DNA of 45,299 nt from Tubiluchus corallicola. Lineage: Eukaryota > Animalia > Priapulida. The notes under the pieces were generated by a model. It did no database searches. It was given only the letters and a program-made list of their open reading frames with translations, and was not told the DNA's origin. The stretch is from positions 19,289 through 64,587 of the forward strand of contig JAQGDQ010001082.1 of NCBI GenBank assembly GCA_030141605.1, read 5' to 3'. The stretch's first letter is position 1. Each line of letters opens with the position of its first letter. The translations under genes were made by a program, and so were the position numbers. Of this stretch, positions 1 to 13,270 are shown in pieces.

Positions 1-8
1 TATTATTA

Positions 9-55
<47 letters not shown>

Positions 56-229
56 TACTATTTTAGGCTCAAAAAAGGCCTTGAAAGTTAAGGTGTTAAA
101 AGAAAAATGAAAACGTTTTTTACGTTTCTTGCAAATATTTAAATTTTAAGCTATCTATGTGCTTTTGTTTAAAACTTTGGTAAATGTTTAAATAAACTTA
201 ACTTATTAATTAAATAAATACGTATAATT

Positions 230-556
230 TAAAAAAACTGAAGCCATTTTTGGCTGTTAAAAAAACTAAAGCCATTTTTGGCTGTTAAAAAACTGAAACC
301 ATTTTGGCTATTAAAAAAATTGAAGCCATTTTTGGCTATTAAAAAAACTGAAGCCATTTTTGACTATTAAAAAACTGAAGCCATTTTTGGCTATTAAAAA
401 ATTGAAGCCATTTTTGGCTATTAAAAAATTGAAGCCATTTTTGGCTATTAAAAAATTGAAGCCATTTTTGGCTATTAAAAACTGAAGCCATTTTTGACTA
501 TTAAAAAACTGAAGCCATTTTTGGCTATTAAAAAATTGAAGCCATTTTTGACTATC
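230..556. repeat. ~27-29-bp minisatellite (aaaaaactgaagccatttttggctatt)
   Basis: About 11 visible tandem units. Confidence 0.95.
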
Positions 557-994
557 TCGACAGAACATTAGTAAGCTACAATTTCTTAGCAAGCTTGATA
601 AGCAAACATATTTTTCAACAATAATGACATCATATATATATTCTTATGCTTTCTCACACCATTGTAAGTATTTCGTCCTTCAAACAGAGGCCTTCTTTCA
701 GTTGTTTGTAAATTTGTTGATATTTACGTCCAAATAAAATTCTCATGTAAATAGTGTCTAAATTTTATGTGTACATTAACCAAAATGTTGAATATTATAC
801 AGAACACAAATTTCTCACAAAAATAAAAAGGAATTGAACTGAATTTATTGTCAGCAATAAAGAAACTATATCTCTTTGTCAACTGTACATATACTTATGT
901 ATATATATATATATAAATAATTTTTTTATAGCGTATAATTTTTTCCGGTAATATTGAACCCGCAACTGATTATGTTCACCAAGGTATACGTTAT

Positions 995-1300
995 CACAGA
1001 AATAAAAACAAACTGAATTAAATTTATCGTCGGTATAAAAAAGACTGTTTATTCCTATACCTATGTATATATAACTAAAATTTTATGGTATCAAAATTTC
1101 TTGTGTGTTTTTAATTTTAATGTTAGTTATGCAGTTGGTAGAACAGAAATAAAAACGAACTGAACTAAATTTATCGTCGGTATAAAATGAATGTTTATTC
1201 CTGTACCTATGTATATATAACTAAAATTTATGGTATCAAAATTTGTGTTTTTAATTTTAGTGTTGGTAGAACAGAAATAAAGAAGAATTGAACTGAATTC
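995..1300. repeat. Tandem duplication of roughly 130-150 bp
   Basis: cagaaataaaaac...aaatttatcgtcggtataaaa recurs at about 997, 1144 and partly 1272. Confidence 0.8.
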
Positions 1301-2315
1301 CATTCCGGGTTCTGAATTCTGGACTGAATTTACTATGTAGGACTCAGTAGGACTGTACGTCAAGAGATTCTTGCTGCTGCATAGATCACTGTCAAATCAC
1401 TTCCACTAAGCCAGGTTTTGTCAGGAGGAGATTTGTGCATCGTTCGCTGATGCACAAGGGACGATAATTAATTGGCAAACATGTGACGATCTTTTGCGCT
1501 TTAACTGAGGCGGAAAAGCCTCTGCCTCCGTTAATTAGGGATTAACTGGGATGGAATTGATGCTTCTCTGTCAGCAAATGTCGGACAAACGTTATCCGTT
1601 ATTTTAATGCACACTTCGTGATCCTTTATAGCCGTGCTTGGCTGCAAAACGCTGTTAGCTTCGACAGGTTTTTACTGGAGAGCTCAAAATGTGACAACAA
1701 CCCACGTACCCCCCTGCCCCACCCCCGATAGACCTGGTGACGATGGTTGTATTTTCGAAATGACTACTAACTAATGATGCTAAAGATTATTATTGATTGT
1801 CATACTTGCTGTGCTACTGTATTAAGTATTACAGTAATCATTATTATTGAATGGGAAATTTACAATGATTTTATTGTTTTCATCTGTTTTATTTGGCAAA
1901 TAAAGAGTTAATATGTGCGTGTGCGTGCGTGTGTGTGTGTGTGTGCGTGCGTGCGTGCGTGAGAGGTGAGTGTGTGTGTCTGTGTGTGTATGTGTGCGTG
2001 CGTGCGTGCGTCCATAACCCTCAATTAAATTATGCTATTAATTTTGATATAGAAAATTTACTGTTTATTATACATGGGTACTGTAGGCTAAACACGTGGC
2101 ATGTAAGGTAAAAGTGTGGTACAAATCTCTGTTTATGTAGTCGTAAAATTGTTGATGTTTACATTAGCAAAAACACTTTGACTTTATTGTGTAAGTTAAT
2201 CCAAAAAAGTCAACTAAAAAGGTTATTGTTATTATTATTATTAATATTATTATTGTTTGTTACTACTGCTGCTGCTTCTGCTGCTGCTGCTACTACTACT
2301 AACACTACAACAACA

Positions 2316-2369
<54 letters not shown>

Positions 2370-3614
2370 GCTGCTACTACTACTACTACTACTACTACTA
2401 GCACTCTCTTCCTAGCACAATAAGATGTATCGTTTTCCTTTAATATGTCATGGCGTTAGTTGCGGAATTTGAATTTTAGACACAAGTAAGACCAAACGGA
2501 ATTACTATGCATTAAATTCGTTATCCTACAAATATTTTTATCCTGTGCAATACTACATTTAAAATGCTAGAACTTTTAAACTTGAAAGATGAATTTTCCC
2601 CTGCCGTCATGTTTCTTCCAGAATTCGTTTGCATAATTTACCCGCTGACTCCTCCCGCTTGGCGTCGCTACTGTGATTTATAACTTAATGTTGAATTTAT
2701 TCTGAATAAATTATCAATTTGCTAGAATACGTGCGATTTTTCATGGTTATCTCTGCTAGTTGATTTCACGGTTGCAAAGACGTGAATGTGAACAAATACA
2801 CGAAAAGGGAAGGAAAACCATTTGGTCAATATATCTGGACAGTGGATGTATACTGAACTGATTTGTTGAGGCTTGGAAAGCCAAAGTGTGTAAAGTAGAA
2901 GCAATTAAAGGAATAACTGTGATGGAAGTGAAACCACGATTGTATTGTTTGTTGTTATTGTTTTCTACAGTAATTGTATCTGTGGTCAGAGTGGTCTGCA
3001 GAGGTAAACAAAACAGAAGCAATTAAAGGAATAACTGTGATGGAAGTAAAACCACGATTATATTGTTTGTCGTTATTGTTTTCTACAGTAATTGTATCTG
3101 TGAAATTATGGAATTCGCTCTGTAAGTTAAAAAAAAAGATTCTGAAGCACTTGGTGGGATAAATGTTTATATTTCACGGTAACCAGGTGACGCCATTTTT
3201 ACATCTAAAGTGAGCGCACCCAAGCCTAAAGTAATCACGACTTTAAATTGATTTTACTAATTACACGAGATGCTTATCACAATTTTATTGCTGAAACTTT
3301 CTTACATTTTTCTCAAATATTATAATAAACTCAGCTTCCCGAGAGACTTGGCTTTTGCTTTTAAATAAATTTTAATTCTTCAAATCATTGTGGATAATTG
3401 ATGATTTTGCTTTCGGAGTGGACGCGATTGCGTGTCCATGTTCAGTTGTAAATTTTGAAGTGGGAAAACATTAATTGTTTTATTCTTTTCCGGCTGTGAC
3501 CTTTAAACAATGACCTGTGTCCTTTGGTATACAGAGGTATCCTTGCTCAGGACGATCCAGGGGCTTAGTTACAAAGACGCAACTGGTTTCATTGTTTATC
3601 ATGTTTTTTGTACA

Positions 3615-3765
3615 TTTTAATTTGAAAAAATGCACAAAATAACCAGTAGAATGAACAGTGGTGTACCACAAGGATTCAAATTAGGACCGCTACTCTTTCT
3701 TATCTATATTATTCCATTTTTGCTCATTTTCAAAAGTCACATTTTAAATACAGTTGTTGATTTAC
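3615..3765 (+). mobile_element. Second copy of the same RT-fragment repeat
   Basis: Encodes GVPQGFKLGPLLFLIYI and shares flanks with the 7235-7395 copy. Confidence 0.7.
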
Positions 3766-3905
3766 ATTCAGTTCCCACCAGTTGACAGACCAACCGACTG
3801 ACTAACCGACTGAAGTTTTTATATCCCTTCACTGGTTTTTTATTGTTGCAAGTAAATTATCACTAAGCCTGAAACTTCTCAAGCTAAAAAGCAATGGGTA
3901 CAAAC

Positions 3906-4115
3906 CGTCATGTGGCTCGAGTTTAGCATAATTCTCTGCCGTCATCAGCGACACCATGAAGCGATGACTATTTCCTGGACTGAGGACATGGTCGTGCGCA
4001 GAAATGGTAGATGAGCTGGGCTCTCGGAGACGCGGTTCGCCATCTAGCGGTTCCTGGTGGAGTTGATCTGGTCGGATCTGTGCGCTGTTTCGTGGCTGCC
4101 TCTCGTTCTGCACGG
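3906..4115 (-). CDS. NR2E3: NR2E3-like exon: T-box/C-terminal extension and hinge
   Basis: Acceptor tttcttccgcag, 210 nt encoding AVQNERQPRNSAQIRP...HRFMVSLMTAENYAKLEPHD. Donor G|gtttgt. The FMxSLMTAE-x-AKLEP motif is recalled from Hr51-type proteins. Confidence 0.9.
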
Positions 4116-4308
4116 CTGCGGAAGAAATATAAAATTCGTGAAATGCTACATTGGGCATTATTATGAATTATTGTTTGTCCGTAAACAGTCAGAAAGCATT
4201 TTATCGTAAGTAATTTCAACATTTAAAAATGCAGAAAACGATAAAAACGCGCTGAAGCAGTTAACAGCAGTTTTCTGCACAATTTTTTTTCAAACAGAAT
4301 GTCGAATT

Positions 4309-4490
4309 GTCAAACTGAGATTAGGCCTATAGTCAAACTGAGATTAGGCCTATAGTTAAACTGAGAATAGGTCTATAGTCAGACTGAGATCAGGCCTATA
4401 CTCAAACTGAGATTAGGCCTGTAGTCAAACTGAGATTAGGCCTACAGTCAAACTGAGATTAGGCCTATAGTCAAACTGAGATTAGGCCTA
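4309..4490. repeat. 23-bp minisatellite (gtcaaactgagattaggcctata), about 8 copies
   Basis: Direct inspection. Confidence 0.95.
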
Positions 4491-4710
4491 ATAAAACCTA
4501 CAGTTTACAGTGAATAACAATCAGCAGCTTTTTGCTGCCATTAATAGCAAAAAAAAAACAATATATAATATAAATTTATGTATACAAATATATATAATAT
4601 AAAATATATATATATATATAAATTTAGACATATAACATAAAATAATATAAAATAATAATAATAAGAAGAACAAGAAGGAGAAGAAGAAGAGGAAGAGGAA
4701 GAAGAAGAGC

Positions 4711-4744
<34 letters not shown>

Positions 4745-4922
4745 GCAACAACAATAACAACAACGACAGTTACTATTATTATTATTATTATTATGATCAT
4801 CATCATCATCATCATCACAATGTACATCATGATGTGAACTGCCCCTTGTTTTCAACAAAACATAAATTTGAAATGAAATGCTAAGCAATTAATGCACAAA
4901 CAACGGATAGCTAGGCCTACAC

Positions 4923-5455
4923 TAGTGTGTTAATGCGACTCAAAAACGCTCGTATTTTGGCGCGAGAAAAATGTGAAATCTTGACTCACTTAGTGCGGAA
5001 ATGCTGAACGTTCTATTGTTGAAATGCAAGCTGTGAGTCTTGCTGGATAGATTTGTAGTGGTGATCAATGATGGTGGCAGACTGAGTATAGCTGAAATCA
5101 GAAATAATAATAAAAAAGAGGAAGTGACGTCATCTGAGATATTTAGATAAGTCTACTTTATAAAACTTTGATAATCAAAATCGTTCAAGTTTGCTGTTTA
5201 AATTACTGGGCTTAAAAAAGACGCAGTTTTAAAGCAACATTGTTGCCACAATCACCACCATTTTTTATGTTGCTGTCAGTTACAAAAAAGTTTTGTTGCT
5301 TTAACCTCACAATTTTGGAGAAATAAATAATTTCGTTAAATTTGTTTAGTGGAAATAAACTCAAATTCAGAGCGGAACCGGAAGTGTTTTTACTCTCCCT
5401 TGTACTCGCCATGTTGTGAAACATGAGTCATGTGTTGAGTCACATTAACACGCTA
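4923..5455. mobile_element. MITE-like element with ~21-bp terminal inverted repeats
   Basis: tagtgtgttaatgcgactcaa (4923) versus ttgagtcacattaacacgcta (5435-5455). No TSD is recognisable. Confidence 0.6.
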
Positions 5456-5464
5456 AGACGTAAC

Positions 5465-5890
5465 ATTAAGATAAGATAACATTTATTTTTATCGGTATGA
5501 TATAAACAGTACATATTTGTAGAAACATGAGCTTAAAGCTGAACTACATGAAGACAGTAAAAAATTGAGACAGTTAGGAATTGAGACAGTAAAAATTTTA
5601 GGCATTAACATTTTCTAAAATTTAAACAAAAAGCTATCTAGGTCAATAAAAAATTTTCTGCCAACATTTCAGCATTTAATTACGATTTAACAAAATTGGG
5701 AAGTTCGCTGAATTTACAAATGGCACATTTACATGATACACCAGTCCGTAAGTAAATTAGACGTTTAAATTTCCCAAGATTTTCGGCCATTCGGAGACAG
5801 TTTGGTAATTCATTCCACAATGTGGCTCCATAATAGGAGAAACTCTTCTTGCCATATGTAACACCATCATACGAGGGGTGTTCTGCAGTG
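5465..5890 (-). mobile_element. 3' fragment of a CR1/L2-like LINE
   Basis: ORF2 C-terminus YGKKSFSYYGATLWNELPNCLRMAENLGKFKRLI...CKCAIC, followed by AATAAA and an (ATCTT)n tail at about 5465-5490. Confidence 0.82.
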
Positions 5891-5954
5891 TTCATTTTTC
5901 ATTAGGCACTATAATTAATGTAACTAGTATAATATGTATAACAATTGTATAACA

Positions 5955-6488
5955 CGGTGGAACTTCGACTTACGAAAACCCCATTATACGAAAAATTTAG
6001 AAATGAATCGAGCTTCGAAGAAATTTTCGTCTCATTTAGCGAAAAAAATATTCAAGACACGAAAACGAAAATCGAAAGTTCCGCCCGACAGTGGTCCTCC
6101 CAGAATGCATTTCGTAGGATCACGTGAACGCTTTGTTGTGCTCTTATCTCACGTGAATGCATTCACTAACCATGGGTCCGAAAATATGAAAGTGGCAGTG
6201 TTAAGAAGAAAAGGATGATGTCAGTGGAAACAAAGCTTAAAATTATAGCTAAATATGAAAGTGGCATGCGTTTGACTGCTATCTCAGGGGAGTATGAATC
6301 CTTCTACGATCTGTCATTAACGAACATATTTCTCTCTGGTGGGGACAGTATGTACACTTTATACGACTGTTTTCGGCGGGGCTGGAACGAATTACGTCAT
6401 TTGGTAAATCTTGTCTCATAATACGAAAATTCTAAGATACGAAAGCTCCCCCCAGAACGAATTAATGTCCTATCTCGAGGTAGCGCTG
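5955..6488 (+). mobile_element. Internally deleted Tigger/pogo DNA transposon
   Basis: Degenerate TIRs cggtggaacttcgacttacgaa / ctatctcgaggtagcgctg|TA. Internal remnant of a CENP-B-type HTH: MGPK...MMSVETKLKIIAKYESGMRLTAISGEY. Confidence 0.8.
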
Positions 6489-7234
6489 TATGTATAAGTA
6501 TAACTAGTATAATCAGTATAATTTGACTATAACTCAAATTTATTGAGTCACCTGGAGTATTATATAAAGTGAGTTTGCTTAATTATTATCATGGAATTCA
6601 CAAAGAAAAAATCATTTAGAAAATTATAATATTCCATATGGTCTTCAAACACTTAACAGAAATAACAACGTTATAGGTTCACTAATATTCTGCAAACGTT
6701 ACATACCTTTGGAACTGTTAGAGAAAACAATACATTCTTAAAATAAACAATGTTTCTCGAGAGAAACTAATTCATTCATGCAGTGCTAATGCATTACTTA
6801 AAAAACTAATTAGTGATTCACTGTTCGTTTGGAAGTGTGAACCGATTTATTCTTTTCTGCCGACATTTTTTATAAAACGTTGACAAATAAAATGTAGAAT
6901 AGGTGTATATAAACAGTGCATACAAATAGTTGCAAATTAATTAAATACAATAAAATTGATGCTGCCGATAGCACCATGACCATAAAATATAATTTTAATT
7001 TGGTTTATCTTTTTGTAATTTACACTTAAATGAGTTAATTACTGATTTGTTCAAAGTACCGCATCTACGTTTGACTTACCTAAGTCACATTTGAACTTTC
7101 CTGTGTTTACATTTGACGTGTAAAACCTATATAATTCAATCTAAGTAAAACTATCAACAACAACATTTTCATTAATTGCAATTTTATCAACTTCGAGTGA
7201 ACAAACACAGCCCTAAAAATAGATTAAAGTTTAG

Positions 7235-7395
7235 TTAAATTTGAAAAAAAAAGTGCGCAAAATAACCAGAAAAATAAACTGTGGTGTACCACAAGGGTTC
7301 AAATTAGGACCTCTGCTTTTTCTTATTTATTTTAACGACCTTCCATTTCTTATTGATTTCAAAAGTCACATTTTAAATATAACCAGTTGTTGATT
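7235..7395 (+). mobile_element. LINE reverse-transcriptase fragment
   Basis: Translates CGVPQGFKLGPLLFLIYFNDLP, matching the RT motif GVPQGSxLGPLLFxIYINDL. Confidence 0.75.
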
Positions 7396-8044
7396 CACTA
7401 CAACTGGCTATATTAAATTAAAAATTAAAAACTAAAAATTAAAAAGTTAAATTAAAATTTAAAAGATTTTAGAATCCTGGTGAGATTCTATGTGATCTTC
7501 AAACACTAAACAAGCAGTAACAGAACTTTTATACCATTATAAAAAATGGTAGTGGTTTTTATATATTCATTTATACCATTCATATCTTAAAATACTAAGT
7601 AAAAAACGATAAAACAAATAATTATAGTTTAATCTAAATAAAAAAATTAACAACAAGATTTCGTTAATTTCAATTTTTTAACTTCGTACGATAAAACACA
7701 GCCCTAAAAGCAGTTTCTAGTTTAGTTTAAATTTATAATCAAAGTTTACTGTTAATAATCAAACTACAATCAAACCGAATGAAAAAATATTTTGCAAAAA
7801 TTCTCCTCTAAACGAAGAATAAAATTAGAAATCAATTTATTGGTTCGATCACGCAGTTTTATTTTTATTTTAAAATATTCTTCTTGGTGTTTTTTTCATC
7901 TGTTTTCTTACGTTTTTCTAAAAATGCAAGTGCCGGTTCTTTCTTATGTTCTCTTTTGCAAAAAATACTGTGAATGCATTTGAAATAGTGGATTTTTTTG
8001 TCTATTTTTTCTCCTTTTCCCTTTCGACGACGTTGTTTAAAATA

Positions 8045-8485
8045 TTAAGAAACTTTATTTACCAATCTTGATAAATTATTAATTAAATAAAAAATATAAA
8101 CAGCAAGCTGTGTTATTGTTGCGTTATTAAGATTTTAATCTATTATTTAATTATTAGAAACGCTTTTTGTATTATTAACTGTGTTAAAATGTATACTTTC
8201 TATCCTAGGTGAAAATGAGATAGTACATGAAAAAATCATCCGGTCTTCCTTTAAGAAGCTTTATTTACCAATCTTGTAAGTTGTTATTTAAATAAAAAAT
8301 AAAACAGCAGGCTGTGTTGTTGCTGCGTTATTAAGATTTTAATCTATTATTTAATTATTAGAAACGCTTTTTGTATTATTAACTATGTTAAAATGTATAC
8401 TTTCTATCGTACGTGAAAATGGGGTAGTACATGAAAAAATCATCCGGTCTTCCTTTAAGAAACATTATTTACCAACCTTGATAAA
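8045..8485 (+). repeat. ~205-bp tandem duplication of a MITE right end
   Basis: Both units end catgaaaaaatcatccggtcttcctTTAA. Confidence 0.8.
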
Positions 8486-9369
8486 TAATAATATTATTAA
8501 AATACAATAGAAATTGCTGACTGTGTTATTGCTGAGTTATTGAATTCTCAATAGGCTGCTCTTCACTCAAACTCCCACATCCACCGCCCATCATGCATTC
8601 ATGCACTGAACTCTTATTAAAAATCATTTTGTTATCTGTCTTTGTCTATGAAGTCAATGATAAATTGATTTAGGTAAGACAAAATGCTCACAAACAGAGG
8701 GCGTATCCAAGTTCGGCGACTCCCCGTCCTCAGTCCCCCGATTACAAAATAAGATGACATTTTTAACAAAATTTTTCTTGCACCACTCGCTGCTCGAAAT
8801 AGATTCTACAAACAGTGATTCTTGCAACATTTTGGACACTAAACTGTGGCACCTGAATTAAGGCATTTACTGGAACTGGTCCTTACATTGAACATGCGGT
8901 AATTATCCCGTATTTCGTGCCGGGCTAGTCGTGTTAAAGGCAATACGTGCGCTTGCATTCAGCAAAGACGCCCGGATAATTGCAGCGCTTAGTTTGTCAA
9001 AAACCTGACAGAAGAAGCCATTGAATGAAGCTGTGACATCACAATGCGAAGCCATTCAATGCGACTGTGACATCACAATGCGAAAACCTAATCACCGCCG
9101 CGCATTGATCTGTTCCAAGGAACTGCTTCTTTTTGATTAGTGCTGCAACAATTTGTGATCTGCTTTGTTATTTTGTTGTAGATGTAAGAAAAACACACGT
9201 CCCTCTATCGACGGTTTTCGGCCGACTGCCTCCCTAATGAGACAATTAAAAGAACCGCCGCGCCAGGTAAAGTGCACACCTGGCGCACCTGGCAATCTCA
9301 CGTAAGATAGAAATGAAATGGCCGAAATATAAAAACGCTAAGAAAGGTACAAGCTAATTTGCCAATATT

Positions 9370-9750
9370 TTTTTATTATTTTTATTTATTATTATTATCA
9401 TCACATTCAGTACAATACAATTACATTAAGACCACAGTGATATCAAAATTATTACGTCATACTTGTCATGTTTCATACTCTATCGTTATCATAAAAGAAT
9501 AATTGTACTGCAGTGGGCTAGAGAAGCAAAGGCTTGTATAAGCCCACTGTCATGTGAACCAGATAAAAAAGAATGGATGAGTGAACAAAAAAGAACTGGG
9601 AGAAAGGTTAGATCACACAGGAAGGGTAGAAGGATGTGTTAGTGGAAATGGTAGGAAGAAAGATAATAGATTGTGCTATGTTGACATCAACTCTAAAGAT
9701 TTATCTTTAATGCCTTGTTTTGCATAATCTGTACCAATAAAATGGTTTAT
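9370..9750 (-). mobile_element. Probable LINE 3' end remnant
   Basis: Stem-loop cagtgggct...agcccactg at about 9510-9549, with an A-rich AATAAA tail on the minus strand near 9370-9395. Confidence 0.4.
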
Positions 9751-10444
9751 CACTTAAAAACGCTACAACTAGAAAAATGAGCAACTACATTCATGTGTAA
9801 AAAATTGTAAAAATGTAAGAAATTACCATTAGCAGTTCGGTAAAAAAAATGGCATGTCCACTTTTTCTCACCAAACTGTATCTTTTTTGACGTGCGACAA
9901 ACAGTCAACTTTGATCATTCAACTAGGCTTAGATTTTAATTATTGACCGGAATTGTGCATGCGTCACTGCCAGTTTTAGTAACATCCAGTTTAAATACGG
10001 CAGAGCATTCCTTCTAGAATCGATTGAGAATTAGAGCAATTTCTGAATTTGCAAAATACTAGGACGGTGTATCACAAGTAATTTTGTGTCTCTCGACTAC
10101 AGCAAGTCGACCCAAATGACATTGGAAACAATATGGTATCAATTACTGACTCAACTGATAAAAGTGTTACAAAAATACGCGATGTTTTTTAGTCTTCGAC
10201 TCCGAATTTATTTCTGCTGTTTGAGAAAATGCACCTAAATAGAGTTTCTTAGATTTTAATTATAATGACGTCATCAATTAAACTCACAATCCACTAGAGA
10301 AAAATATAAAAGAAAAACAGCACAAAAACCACGAAATGTCATTAATAACACAATAAAAGGAACAATAGAATGTAGCGATTGAGTTGACCGTGTTTTTATT
10401 TATTTCATTACAGAGGGATTCGTTTTTATTAATTCAAAATAATA

Positions 10445-11335
10445 AAATGTTTAATTCGTAATCATAGCGTCAAAGTCTATAGTTTGTTTATATTCTATAG
10501 TCTACGTTGTAGAGTCGTAGTGTCAAAGTGCATAGTTCGTTTAACTCGTAGTCGTAGTGTCAAAGTGCGTAGTTCGTTTAACTCGTAGTCGTAGTGTCAA
10601 ACTGCATAGTTCGTTTAACTCGTAGTCGTAGTGTCAAACTGCATAGTTCGTTTAACTCGTAGTCGTAGTGTCAAACTGCATAGTTCGTTTAACTCTTAGT
10701 CGTAGTGTCAAACTGCATAGTTCGTTTAACTCGTAGTCGTAGTGTCAAATTGCATAGTTCGTTTAACTCGTAGACGTAGTGTCAAATTGCATAGTTCGTT
10801 TAACTCGTAGTCGTAGTGTCAAATTGCATAGTTCGTTTAACTCGTAGTCGTAGTGTCAAATTGCATAGTTCGTTTAACTCGTAGACGTAGTGTCAAACTG
10901 CATAGTTCGTTTAACTCGTAGTCGTAGTGTCAAACTGCATAGTTCGTTTAACTCGTAGACGTAGTGTCAAATTGCATAGTTCGTTTAACTCGTAGTCGTA
11001 GTGTCAAATTGCATAGTTCGTTTAACTCGTAGTCGTAGTGTCAAATTGCATAGTTCGTTTAACTCGTAGACGTAGTGTCAAACTGCATAGTTCGTTTAAC
11101 TCGTAGTCGTAGTGTCAAATTGCATAGTTCGTTTAACTCGTAGACGTAGTGTCAAAGTCAAAACGTTTGTTTAAATTATAGTCATAGCCACAGTGTCAAT
11201 TCGTTTGATTCGTAGTCGTAGCGTCAAATTGCATAGTTCGTTTAACTCGTAGTCGTAGCGTCAAAGTCAAAAGGTCTGTTTAAATTGTAGTCATAGCCAC
11301 AGTGTCAATTCGTTTGACTCGTGGTCGTAAAGACA
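10445..11335. repeat. 37-bp minisatellite (gtagtgtcaaactgcatagttcgtttaactcgtagtc)
   Basis: Period 37 with degenerate edges. It ends about 40 bp from the exon donor. Confidence 0.95.
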
Positions 11336-11376
11336 ATCAAAGTCTGTTCAACTTTTTGTTTCGAAGCCACACTCAC

Positions 11377-11480
11377 CGTCTTTGTTCATTCCCATCTGCA
11401 AACATTTCTTGAGTCGACACGCCTGGCACTGATTTCGATGAGCTTTGTCGACCACACAGTTACCTGTGCCAGCTTGACAT
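11377..11480 (-). CDS. NR2E3: NR2E3-like exon: second zinc finger
   Basis: Acceptor gttcttgcag, 104 nt encoding [34 protein letters not shown]. Donor G|gtgagt. Confidence 0.96.
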
Positions 11481-11537
11481 CTGCAAGAACACGACAGGTA
11501 ATTGTAATTGCTGGGAGAATTGCAAAATTTGTTTAAA

Positions 11538-11697
11538 ACACAATTTACACTTTTTTCGGTGAGACCATTTTCGATTGGGTCTTTGACACACAATTCACAC
11601 TTCTGTTTTTTTCGGTGAGACCATTTTCGATTGGGTCTTTGACACACGATTCACACTTCTGTTTCTTTTGGTGAGACCATTTTCGATTGGGTCTTGG
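11538..11697. repeat. ~55-bp tandem repeat, 3 copies
   Basis: ggtgagaccattttcgattgggtctt occurs three times. Confidence 0.9.
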
Positions 11698-11782
11698 AAT
11701 CTTTCTGCAGCGCAATACAGATCATAGATGCAGTTTATTATGAACACAGGTGACATGATGACATATACAAACATAATTCAGA

Positions 11783-12430
11783 CAATACAATACAATACAA
11801 TACAATGCACTGCACTACACTACACTACACTACACTACACTACACTACACTACACTACACTACACTACACTACACTACACTACACTACACTACAATGCAA
11901 TGCAATGCAATTCGATACAATACAACACAAAGAAAAACGCAACACCAGACTACAATACACAACAAAACACAATACAATGCAATGCAATGCAATGCAATGC
12001 AATGCAATGCAATGCAATGCAATACAATACAATACAATACAATACAATACAATACAATACAATACAATACAATACCATGCCATGCCATGCCATGCCATGC
12101 CATGCAATGCAATGCAATGCAATGCAATGCAATGCAATGCAATACAATACAATACAATACAATACAATACAATACAATACAATACAATGCAATGCAATGC
12201 AATGCAATGCAATGCAATGCAATGCAATGCAATGCAATGCAATACAATACAATACAATACAATACAATACAATACAATACAATACAATACAATACAATAC
12301 AATACAATACAATACAATACAATACAATACAATACAATACAATACAATACAATACAACACAACACAATACAATATAATCGAATACAGCACAACACAACGT
12401 AATACAATACAATGTAATATACTACAGCAC
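11783..12430. repeat. Compound pentanucleotide microsatellite (TACAC/TACAA/TGCAA/TGCCA)
   Basis: Direct inspection. Confidence 0.97.
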
Positions 12431-12530
12431 AATATACTAAACAATAAACCTAAATGTTTAGGTTGGCATCATAACAACAATACATTTAAAAAATCAATGC
12501 TTCATTTCATGAATAAAAAAATTCATGTTG

Positions 12531-13134
12531 AAATACAAATTCATTGAGTTAAATACTGTCAGGGTATGTCGTATCCTTGACCTTTGTCATGTGCTGTTAC
12601 TTGACCTGTGATTGACACGAATACAAATTCATTGAGTTAAATACTGTCAGAGTTTGTCATGTCCTTGACCTTTGTCATGGGCTGTTACTTGACCCGTGAT
12701 TGACACGAACACAAATTCATTGAGTTAAATACTGTCAGAGTTTGTCGTGTCCTTGACCTTTGTCATGTGCTGTTACTTGACGTGTGATTGACACGAATAC
12801 AAATTCATTGAGTTAAATACTGTCAGAGTTTGTCGTGTCCTTGACCTTTGTCATGGGCTGTTACTTGACCTGTGATTGACACGAATACAAAGTCATTGAG
12901 TTAAATACTGTCAGAGTTTGTCGTGTCCTTGACCTTTGTCATGGGCTGTTACTTGACGTGTGAATGACACGAATACAAATTCATTGAGTTAAATACTGTC
13001 AGGGTTTGTCGTGTCCTTGACCTTTGTCATGGGCTGTTACTTGACACGAATACAAATTCATTGAGTTAAATAGTGTCAGGGTTTGTCGTGTCCTTGACCT
13101 TCGTGATGGGCTGTTACTTGACCTGTGATTGACC
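12531..13134. repeat. 88-bp tandem repeat, about 7 copies
   Basis: tgacacgaa recurs at 12613, 12701, 12789 and onward. Confidence 0.95.
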
Positions 13135-13270
13135 CCCATTCCTGCAAATAACGAATTTCAACATCTACGTTTAACATAACAACAGGGTTACTTTCAAATT
13201 CTGTAAACAGTGACGCATCGTTTTAACCCTTCTCTCTCTCAAGGCAAGGAAGCCATTGTGACTTTCATAC

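Noticed and set aside
1127-1400. Minus-strand ORF as a possible next NR2E3 exon
   Set aside because: No LBD-like sequence is present, the most plausible frame hits a stop, and the ORF runs into a tandem duplication.
10445-11335. CRISPR-like appearance of the 37-bp (and other 23-39 bp) repeats
   Set aside because: The units are directly contiguous with no unique spacers, there are no cas genes, and the context is eukaryotic.
11728-12547. Overlapping 160-224 aa ORFs
   Set aside because: They come from pentanucleotide repeats within an intron.
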